From assembly GCF_000025505.1 (NCBI RefSeq), contig NC_013849.1, forward strand, positions 1,260,001 through 1,292,000: a stretch of 32,000 bases of DNA, given 5' to 3'. Positions 1 to 6,558 of the stretch are shown here, piece by piece. Source of the DNA: Ferroglobus placidus DSM 10642. Lineage in GTDB: Archaea; Halobacteriota; Archaeoglobi; Archaeoglobales; Archaeoglobaceae. Numbering within the stretch: position 1 is the first letter of the stretch; the number at the start of each line of letters is the position of its first letter. The notes under the pieces were generated by a model. It was given only the letters and a program-made list of their open reading frames with translations. It made no database searches and had not been told where the DNA came from. Position numbers and translations under genes: made by a program.

Positions 1-740
1 GGCTGATCGACTGGTATTCCGGACTGATCGGTGTCATTGGCGTTTTAGCTGCAGCTCACTACAGGAGAAAGACCGGCGAAGGAACTTTCATCGACCTCAG
101 CCAGATAAGTTGCTCCACAAGAGCTACCGGCTACGCTTTCCCGCTTTACGGAAGATTTGGTGTCGTGAGGCAAAGGTGGGGTAACTGGGACACTCTACTT
201 TGCGTCCACGGAGTCATAATGGTTGGAAAGACCGACGATCCGGAGCATCCCAACCCGCAGATAAGTGAAGAAAGCAGATATGTCTTCGTTTCAGCCTTCC
301 AAGACGAGGACTTCAGAGAACTCTGCTACGTCATCGGCAGACCGGATCTCTGGGAGAAGTACTGCAGCTTAAAGGAGAGGTTGAAGCCTGAAGCCCAGAT
401 AGAAATTTACAGGGCTCTCGAGGAGTGGGCGGCTGACAAGTCGAGGAGCGAAGTTGTGGAGATTCTCAACAACGCTGGCTTGATAGCTGTGCCGGTCTTC
501 TCGGCTAAAGACGTTTACGAGTGCGACCACTACTGGGAGAGAGGAACGCTCAGATGGGTAGAAGATCCGATATTCGGTCACGTGCTCGTTCACGGAGCTA
601 CAGTAAAGATGAGCGAAACTCCGCCGAGGATAAAGTGGATCTGGAGACCGATTGGAGCGGACAACATCAGAATCTACCACGAACTGCTCGGCTATCCGCT
701 GAGCAAGCTGAAGGAGTTGTGGGAGAAGGGAGTAATCTGA
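1..740 (+). CDS. Family III CoA-transferase (CaiB/BaiF-type), N-terminus cut off by the window edge
   Basis: Frame 3 is open from base 3 ([36 protein letters not shown]...) and runs straight into track ORF 165..740, so the GTG at 165 is internal. The Gly-rich segment followed by TGEG-x-FIDLS resembles family III CoA-transferases. Stop TGA at 738-740. Confidence 0.8.
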   Translation, partial: LIDWYSGLIGVIGVLAAAHYRRKTGEGTFIDLSQISCSTRATGYAFPLYGRFGVVRQRWGNWDTLLCVHGVIMVGKTDDPEHPNPQISEESRYVFVSAFQDEDFRELCYVIGRPDLWEKYCSLKERLKPEAQIEIYRALEEWAADKSRSEVVEILNNAGLIAVPVFSAKDVYECDHYWERGTLRWVEDPIFGHVLVHGATVKMSETPPRIKWIWRPIGADNIRIYHELLGYPLSKLKELWEKGVI

Positions 741-753
741 GGGGGTGGTTTAG

Positions 754-1254
754 TTGGTTTATTACTGGGAGCACGAATGCGGATGGGTGAACTACCTCGA
801 CCCCTACTACTTCTGGAACTGGGAAGGGAAGGTAAAGTGTGCCGGCTGCGACAAGGTGGCTTACTTCAAATTCGTCAACGGAGAACTGCTCGAATACAGA
901 GAGGTTGACGAAGAACCAGACATCCTCCCGCTTTACGCTGACAATCCGAATGAGGGATACATTTCGATAAAAGTCGGAACTGAAGGAAAAACGAGACCTT
1001 TCAGAGGGCTGATGAGAGATCCGAAGACTTACACCGGAGAAGCGAGAACGAGAACTGAGAACTTTGCCGGAAAGTTCATAAGAGCAATGCCCAACCAGCC
1101 GAAGAAGGCTGGATTTGCGGAAAGCAGAAGGTTCGCGTGGATCGACAGAACGAAAAGCATCGAAGTCTGGGGCAAGGATAAGTATCCCGGCAAACCGGTT
1201 TACGGCAAGTTTAAGGTCGGTGAAGTTGCTGAAGAAGAGCATGTGGAGGAGTGA
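754..1254 (+). CDS. Hypothetical protein (166 aa) with an N-terminal H-x-C...C-x-x-C metal-site-like motif; family not recognised
   Basis: TTG start lies 5 nt after the purine-rich GAGGGGGTGG (739-748) and 13 nt after the CoA-transferase stop. Composition is K/E-rich and thermophile-like, whereas the antisense ORF 667..1242 is S/R/L/F-rich. Motifs seen: HEC...CAGC. Confidence 0.6.
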   Translation: MVYYWEHECGWVNYLDPYYFWNWEGKVKCAGCDKVAYFKFVNGELLEYREVDEEPDILPLYADNPNEGYISIKVGTEGKTRPFRGLMRDPKTYTGEARTRTENFAGKFIRAMPNQPKKAGFAESRRFAWIDRTKSIEVWGKDKYPGKPVYGKFKVGEVAEEEHVEE

Positions 1255-1259
1255 TAACC

Positions 1260-1520
1260 ATGAGCTCTCACGTCGAATTTAGCTTTCCGAAAGATGCTGG
1301 TCCAAAGCCAGCTGTTTGGACGAAAGAGCAGGAGGAGTTCGTCAAGCAGTTCCCGCACATATGCAAGGAATGCAAATGGCTCAAACCGATAATTCCCAAC
1401 ACCAAGTACCCTCCCGCCGATCTGGTAGGCTACTGCAAGATTATACACTGGCCCTTCTACTGGTGCGTAAGCAAGTACACTATAGTTAAGAAGTGCAAGT
1501 GGTTTGAAAAGAGGGAATAG
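1260..1520 (+). CDS. Hypothetical small Cys-rich protein (86 aa from ATG 1260; the track starts it at GTG 1251)
   Basis: GGAGGA at 1245-1250 lies 9 nt upstream of ATG 1260. The upstream gene stops at 1252-1254, so the two are tightly coupled. Contains CKEC plus three further Cys. No family recognised. A competing antisense ORF at 1200..1547 lowers confidence. Confidence 0.5.
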   Translation: MSSHVEFSFPKDAGPKPAVWTKEQEEFVKQFPHICKECKWLKPIIPNTKYPPADLVGYCKIIHWPFYWCVSKYTIVKKCKWFEKRE

Positions 1521-1521
1521 C

Positions 1522-1528
1522 TTTAAAT
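1522..1528 (+). promoter_or_regulatory. TATA-box-like TTTAAAT ending 26 nt before ATG 1554 (implies a leaderless transcript)
   Basis: An AT-rich TTTAAAT sits at exactly the same distance from the start codon as the one upstream of the paralogous micro-ORF at 6460. Confidence 0.4.
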
Positions 1529-1553
1529 CTACCAAAATTTTTAACATTTTTTA

Positions 1554-1682
1554 ATGAAGTGCATTTACGATCCAGCGGTCGATTGCATCTACGAAGATTT
1601 CAGCGAGGAAAGGTGTAGGAGCTGTCCGATTTACGAGGCGATTGTTGAGGGAGCTAAGGGGTGTGGTAGCGTTGAGTTCTGA
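1554..1682 (+). CDS. Micro-ORF for a 42-aa Cys-rich peptide, MKCIYDPAVDCIYEDFSEERCRSCPIYEAIVEGAKGCGSVEF
   Basis: Too short for the ORF track. ATG start and TGA stop at 1680-1682. It shares the motif MKC-x2-D-x3-DC...C-x2-CPI-x2-A with the micro-ORF at 6460..6558, and both have the same TATA spacing. Confidence 0.55.
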   Translation: MKCIYDPAVDCIYEDFSEERCRSCPIYEAIVEGAKGCGSVEF

Positions 1683-1926
1683 AATTAATAGGGCTAAGGA
1701 GCTCGTTGAGAGGTGGTTTAAAAGCTACGCGGAGAAAGCTGACGAAACTGCGGTGGAGCTTTTCTCAGACGACATCGAAGTTATCGATAGCTGGGCGAAT
1801 TCTATGCTGATGGCCGGTAGAATAAGTAACGAAGAGTACTGGGATCTTATCACCTTTTGCGAAGAAAAGCTCGAAGAACTTAAAAGGTTAGCCGGAGTTG
1901 AAAGCTTGGACATGCGTTTCAAGTAG
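1663..1926 (+). CDS. Hypothetical small, probably helical protein (start ambiguous: TTG 1642, GTG 1663 or TTG 1672)
   Basis: Track ORF 1642..1926. The start overlaps the 3' end of the 42-aa micro-ORF, with GGAGCTAAGGGG just upstream of GTG 1663. Composition is E/K/L-rich. The 3' end overlaps the Pus10 stop convergently by 8 nt. No family recognised. Confidence 0.45.
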   Translation: MVALSSEINRAKELVERWFKSYAEKADETAVELFSDDIEVIDSWANSMLMAGRISNEEYWDLITFCEEKLEELKRLAGVESLDMRFK

Positions 1927-3010
1927 CGTCGTAGATCCACACGACATCGAGTTTATCGACGTAGCAGTTAACTCCGATCAATTCCGCAAGGCTCGGTTTC
2001 GTCCTTCCTTCGTCTCCGCTTACCAATTCCTTTATGTAAAGTCCTCCTTCAGCCTCGATTTCTATTACAGCTTTGTTTCCCCGATGTAGGAGAAGCTTCG
2101 TATCGTAAACTCTCTTTACCCTCACTTTATCGGCTCTTCTGTGCTCCACTCTTTTAGGCGTTCTTTGGTGAATGACCGTCTTCAACTTTTCTAAAGCATC
2201 TTTAAGTGTTCTCTCATCGACTTCCTTCTCAAAAACGACAAGGGCTCTGTACCTCTTTTTGTAGGAAGCCGATTTAATTCTTTCGACGTCTTTGTGAGTC
2301 GCATACCCCAAAAGCTTGACTTCCACAGCTCCGCTTCCCTCGTTTATTTTCCTTTCAAGCTCTTTTAAGTCGACTTTTCTCTTCTTCGGTTTCACAACTT
2401 CGAGAACGAACGGTCTTCCGTTTCCGAGCATTCTCGCATCCACGTCTTCCCTTCCGGATCCGTGGAGAAAAGCGTTCTCTCCTTCGAAAACTTCGAGGGC
2501 TGGAGTGATAATTATGTCTTCGACGCTCAGATACTTCTTTCCAGTAAAGTTGCAAGCTTCGCATCCTCTTCCCTTACAGAACGAGCAAAGCCATCTCGTT
2601 TGAGCTAAGTAGCGAACTCTCTTTTTATACCTCCCGAAAATGTACACCGGCTGAATTTCGTAGTCGATTCTCAAATCTTCGAGATCTACTATTACTCTCA
2701 CATCCCCGTTTGGCTTGAAATTTTTTCCGCTCTTCTCTCTTATTTTTCTGGCGAACTCTCTGTTGAAGTTCCTCTTGAAATTCAGCTCGTCGTCGATACC
2801 GAGCTCAGTTTTCAAAAAATTTTGAACGGCTTTTGCACTCCCTCTGAGTTTCGAACCGACTGAGAAGCTTTCGAACTCGTAGTCTTCGAGGTCTTCGAGC
2901 ACTTTTGCAGCTAACTCTTCTATCCTCTCAAAGACGTTGCAGCAAATAACGCATCTTCCGAGCTCTCCTATCTTTACTCTCTTTTTGCACACTTCGCAGA
3001 CGCTTATCAT
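1919..3010 (-). CDS. pus10: tRNA pseudouridine synthase Pus10 (archaeal Psi54/55 synthase)
   Basis: 363 aa. N-terminal Cys-pair zinc module (CEVCKK...CVICC), a second CSFCKGRGCEAC cluster, and the catalytic-region signature GREDVDARMLGNGRPF typical of Pus10. Confidence 0.9.
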   Translation of the reverse strand: MISVCEVCKKRVKIGELGRCVICCNVFERIEELAAKVLEDLEDYEFESFSVGSKLRGSAKAVQNFLKTELGIDDELNFKRNFNREFARKIREKSGKNFKPNGDVRVIVDLEDLRIDYEIQPVYIFGRYKKRVRYLAQTRWLCSFCKGRGCEACNFTGKKYLSVEDIIITPALEVFEGENAFLHGSGREDVDARMLGNGRPFVLEVVKPKKRKVDLKELERKINEGSGAVEVKLLGYATHKDVERIKSASYKKRYRALVVFEKEVDERTLKDALEKLKTVIHQRTPKRVEHRRADKVRVKRVYDTKLLLHRGNKAVIEIEAEGGLYIKELVSGDEGRTKPSLAELIGVNCYVDKLDVVWIYDAT

Positions 3011-3873
3011 GATAGTATTTCCGTCCTGAAGGAGCTTTTCTCTCTTATCAGATCAACTTCGTAGGTTTTTCCAGTTACTTCGAAAATTCCGGTTACGACT
3101 ATTTCCACTTCGCTCCTCTCTCCGTTCTTCAGATGAGACACCCACCACTCATCAAGCTTACCGTTGTCGAGTAAAAGTTCGAGGGTGAATTTCGTATTCC
3201 TTTCTATTCTGATTTCTCTATCGTAGTAGCCGTAGCCGATCTTTATACCGTTCATCAAAACCTCGTACTTAATTCCTTTCAAATTGAAGGGGACGCTGCC
3301 GTCTATAATTGCGTCGAGGAGAATCTGGGTGTGATCTCTCGTAACTTCTCCCCACCTCGGGGTAATTTTCACTTTCGCCGTTAATAAGCCGAAGCGAACG
3401 TTCTCTTCAATGTTAAATCCTTTCAGAATGTTCGTTCTGATTTCGTCCCTCTCCTCGAAGGGAAACTTAAAATCGGTTATGAGCAGGTTGAATATCAAAT
3501 TGCCCTTCAAAAGAAGCTCGGAAACCTCGTCGTTCTTAATGTGCGAAACCCACCACTCGGGAATCTTGCTGTTGTCTATCTTCGTCGAAATCGTTATCGT
3601 CGTAATCGTATTGGGTTTCAGAGTTGCATCGCCTATGCTCCTCCCTTTCCCGAGCTCCACGCCGTTTATGTAGATAGTAAGATCGATAGCTTTAAGCGGA
3701 ATCGAGAAAGGATTCGGATTCTTCACGTCAATTTCGGTTAATATTTCGGAGTAGCTTTCCGTTATATCTCCCCACCTGCTTTTGTAACTCAAAACCTCCG
3801 GCTTCCCGATTCCGAGGCAGCCGGAAGTTAGCACGAGAATTAAAAGTACCGGCAGCAATCTCTTCATAACCAT
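3007..3873 (-). CDS. Lipoprotein with two tandem LEA_2 (LEA14/WHy-like) domains
   Basis: Signal peptide plus lipobox-like LTSGC. Internal duplication is visible: IPEWWVSHIKNDEVSELLLKG versus LDEWWVSHLKNGERSEVEIVVTG. The stop overlaps the Pus10 start by 4 nt (ATGA). Confidence 0.8.
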   Translation of the reverse strand: MVMKRLLPVLLILVLTSGCLGIGKPEVLSYKSRWGDITESYSEILTEIDVKNPNPFSIPLKAIDLTIYINGVELGKGRSIGDATLKPNTITTITISTKIDNSKIPEWWVSHIKNDEVSELLLKGNLIFNLLITDFKFPFEERDEIRTNILKGFNIEENVRFGLLTAKVKITPRWGEVTRDHTQILLDAIIDGSVPFNLKGIKYEVLMNGIKIGYGYYDREIRIERNTKFTLELLLDNGKLDEWWVSHLKNGERSEVEIVVTGIFEVTGKTYEVDLIREKSSFRTEILS

Positions 3874-3937
3874 TAGTGCTTGAAAGCGCTAAATAAACCT
3901 TAACCTTTAAAGTCCCTATCACTTATTAACTTATTAG

Positions 3938-3992
3938 CCGATGATGAATTTCGGTCGCGCTGAAGGGTGATGAAATTTCCTGCGGCTGAGGT
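3938..3992 (+). ncRNA. C/D-box sRNA (2'-O-methylation guide)
   Basis: C box ATGATGA 3941-3947. 12-nt guide ATTTCGGTCGCG. D' CTGA 3960-3963. 3-nt linker. C' GTGATGA 3967-3973. 12-nt guide AATTTCCTGCGG. D CTGA 3986-3989. This is the canonical archaeal 12-nt spacer geometry. It is intergenic, with a TTTAAA box at 3906-3911 about 30 nt upstream. The ends are approximate. Confidence 0.8.
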
Positions 3993-4165
3993 TCGTTTAT
4001 CGTCTAACTTTGCGAAAACTTGTCCTTTGAGTTGATCTTAAAAGTCTTCGAAAGCGAACTTACACTTTTCAACTTTCAAATTTAATATCATTCTGGGAGA
4101 AAAATCCGTTTAAGGGTAAATTTTCGAGTTTTAGGAGTTTTAAAAGCTGTTCGAAAAGGGAAGGT

Positions 4166-4183
4166 GTTAGACGATAGTCTAAC
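4166..4183. promoter_or_regulatory. Perfect palindrome GTTAGAC-GATA-GTCTAAC; candidate operator upstream of the MFS-CBS transporter gene
   Basis: Two 7-bp arms with a 4-bp spacer. It lies about 35 nt upstream of an AT-rich TATA-like stretch (AAATTTTATATT, about 4217-4228). An extra half-site, CGTCTAACT, occurs at 4002-4010. Confidence 0.35.
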
Positions 4184-4309
4184 TGCCCGTGCTAAACCTC
4201 TTGATCATTAATGGAAAATTTTATATTGTTGTTAGCTATTAATCGTTGAAGACGTCTGTAAAGTTGGGTAGTTGAAAAGTAAGTAAAGCGGTTAAAGAGA
4301 GGTGTCTGG

Positions 4310-6391
4310 ATGGTTGAGAAGTCGGATGTTAAAGAAGTGGAAATTCCAATGAGGGAACTGGCGAGGACAATAGCCATCGGCTGGAGCGGAGCATTGCTGG
4401 AGTGGACGGACTTCTATACATACGCTATCCTCGCACCGATCGTTGCGAAGGTCTTCTTCCCATCAGAGGATCCAATAGCTTCTCTGCTGGCAAGCTTCGG
4501 AGCGTTGGCGTTAGGTTTCCTCTTCAGACCACTCGGAGCTTTACTCTTCGGTAGAATCGGAGACATCTACGGAAGAAAGATAGCTTTCGTCATAGCAGCT
4601 GTGTCGATGCTCGCTGGAACAGTGGGAATCGGTATTCTGCCAACTTACGCTCAGATAGGCATTGTGGCGTCTATTCTCGTCTTCGTTCTGAGAATTATAC
4701 AGGGGCTTGCCCTCGGAGGTGGATACGGAGCTATCATAGTCTTCCTTGGAGAGTCGGTGCCAGAGAGAAGGAGAGGAACGTACACTGGCATTCTGTTTAC
4801 AACGCCGGCTATAGGTATGGCTATCGCAGCTTCCATGGAATCTTTGGTCGAATCATGGCTCGGCACCGAAGGTTTGTACGCTTGGGGTTGGAGAATTCCG
4901 TTTATAGTTGCCGGTTTGGTCATTGCATTCATCGCATTGATTATGCATTTATTCTATAAGGAAACGCCGGTCTTCAGCATGCTCAGAACGATAAGAAGGA
5001 CATCTTCAGCTCCCATCAGAGAACTGTTCGCTAAGAAAGAATACTTGTCTCTTGTGCTGCTTGCGTGGATAGGAGTCATCGGTGCTCACGGACCGGTTTG
5101 GTACACCAACCAGCTCGTTTCCAAGTACTACATGACTTGGCACGGAATTTCTCCTGGAGAGTCTTCAGCGATTCTCTTCTGGTGCACGATGGCGGCTGTG
5201 TGGGTATACGTTCTCTTCGGATACATCTCTGACATTATCGGAAGGAGGAAGCTGCTGATATTCGCAATTTACGGAAACGCTCTATGGTTCATTCCCGCCT
5301 TCTGGCTGATGAGAGAGGCTGCTTTAGCCCAGAATATAACGATGCTTTACATACTCACATACACGCTGACGTTCTTCAACGGTATAGGCTATAGCGGTGC
5401 TCAGTCGGCATTCTTACTCGAACTATTCCCGTCGAGAATCAGAGTTACCGCCACAGGTTTCACTTACAACCTCGGATACGGTATAACCGGAGGTTTAACG
5501 CCGTTCATGGTGACCCTGTTCTACAAGTTCTTCAACGACTGGTGGTTATCTGTCATCGCCTGGAGCACGGTGCTGCCGATGATAATGGGTAGCTACTTCG
5601 TCATCAAAGGCTACGAAACTCTTGGAACAAGACTCTGGGCTGAGTTTGCTGCCGAGAAGTTTGCCAAAGATGCAGTCATTGTCAAAGCTAACGAGCCGGT
5701 TAGAGAGGCTATAAGAAAGATGATAGAGAAGGACAAGAGAGGTGTCGTCGTCGATTACGTTGCAGAGACTGGCGTTGCCTATAGGCACATGCTCAAGGGA
5801 GCTGCTGAGAAAGGTCTCGACGTTCCGGTTGGAGATGTGGCGGTCAAAGTTCCTTGCATGGAGTACAACGAGCCACTGCCGAACATTCTTGAGACGATGG
5901 AGCACTACCACGTTAGAATGATTCCAGTGTGCAGGAGGGGACAGATAATCGGAATGATCGACTTGAGAGATGTGCTCGCTGAGACGGCTGGATTGTCAGC
6001 TCTGACTAAAAAGCCAATAGCCGAGAGAACGAGGCTGAGAGATGTTGCTAAGGAGCCGATAGTCATAAACCACAACGAAAAGATCGGGGATGCCATAAGA
6101 CTGATGATTCAGAACGACATAGGATTCTTGCCGGTTGTCGACGAAGCAGGAAAGCTTGTTGCAGTGTTCTCTGAGAGAGACGCTTTCAAGGCTATTGCCA
6201 ACGGAGCATCACTTGACTCACCGCTCATAGATTATGCGACCAAGAATCCTCAGACGGTCAGCTGCGACGATCCGGTGTCTAAAGTGGCTGAAATAATGGT
6301 CAGACTGAACATAAGACACATCGTCGGAGTCGATTCAGCTGGAAGACCGGTTTGCGTTGCGGGAGTCAAAGACATCTTGGCTGTCGGCTAA
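4310..6391 (+). CDS. MFS transporter (metabolite:H+ symporter/ProP-like) fused to a C-terminal cytoplasmic module of four CBS motifs (two Bateman domains)
   Basis: 693 aa. GAGAGGTG precedes the ATG. The first ~430 aa are hydrophobic with the MFS loop motif GRIGDIYGRK. The last ~250 aa show four CBS-like repeats (e.g. IGFLPVVDEAGKLVAVFSERD, IRHIVGVDSAGRPVCVAGVKD). Confidence 0.85.
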   Translation: MVEKSDVKEVEIPMRELARTIAIGWSGALLEWTDFYTYAILAPIVAKVFFPSEDPIASLLASFGALALGFLFRPLGALLFGRIGDIYGRKIAFVIAAVSMLAGTVGIGILPTYAQIGIVASILVFVLRIIQGLALGGGYGAIIVFLGESVPERRRGTYTGILFTTPAIGMAIAASMESLVESWLGTEGLYAWGWRIPFIVAGLVIAFIALIMHLFYKETPVFSMLRTIRRTSSAPIRELFAKKEYLSLVLLAWIGVIGAHGPVWYTNQLVSKYYMTWHGISPGESSAILFWCTMAAVWVYVLFGYISDIIGRRKLLIFAIYGNALWFIPAFWLMREAALAQNITMLYILTYTLTFFNGIGYSGAQSAFLLELFPSRIRVTATGFTYNLGYGITGGLTPFMVTLFYKFFNDWWLSVIAWSTVLPMIMGSYFVIKGYETLGTRLWAEFAAEKFAKDAVIVKANEPVREAIRKMIEKDKRGVVVDYVAETGVAYRHMLKGAAEKGLDVPVGDVAVKVPCMEYNEPLPNILETMEHYHVRMIPVCRRGQIIGMIDLRDVLAETAGLSALTKKPIAERTRLRDVAKEPIVINHNEKIGDAIRLMIQNDIGFLPVVDEAGKLVAVFSERDAFKAIANGASLDSPLIDYATKNPQTVSCDDPVSKVAEIMVRLNIRHIVGVDSAGRPVCVAGVKDILAVG

Positions 6392-6395
6392 CACA

Positions 6396-6417
6396 TTTTT
6401 TCTTTTTTATATTTTTG
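6396..6417 (+). terminator. Oligo-T tract; likely archaeal intrinsic terminator after the transporter gene
   Basis: TTTTTTCTTTTTTATATTTTT begins 5 nt after the stop at 6389-6391. Confidence 0.5.
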
Positions 6418-6427
6418 TTCACCGAAA

Positions 6428-6434
6428 TTTAAAT
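6428..6434 (+). promoter_or_regulatory. TATA-box-like TTTAAAT ending 26 nt before ATG 6460 (implies a leaderless transcript)
   Basis: Same heptamer and same spacing as upstream of the paralogous micro-ORF at 1554. Confidence 0.4.
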
Positions 6435-6459
6435 TAACGATTAATCAAAAGAGATTTTT

Positions 6460-6558
6460 ATGAAATGCTACCACGACCTGACGATAGATTGCAAATGGAA
6501 TTTGAAATGCTTCGAATGCCCGATAGCTAAAGCCTTTGCCGAAGATTACCCGCACTGA
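6460..6558 (+). CDS. Micro-ORF for a 32-aa Cys-rich peptide, MKCYHDLTIDCKWNLKCFECPIAKAFAEDYPH (paralog of 1554..1682)
   Basis: Too short for the ORF track. ATG start and TGA stop at 6556-6558. The MKC-x2-D-x3-DC...C-x2-CPI-x2-A motif is conserved. The 3' end overlaps the stop of the convergent DHH gene by 13 nt. Confidence 0.55.
   Translation: MKCYHDLTIDCKWNLKCFECPIAKAFAEDYPH

Noticed and set aside
4192-4377. 61-aa minus-strand ORF overlapping the transporter start
   Set aside because: It runs antisense across the transporter RBS and start codon and its promoter region, and has no recognisable motif or RBS.
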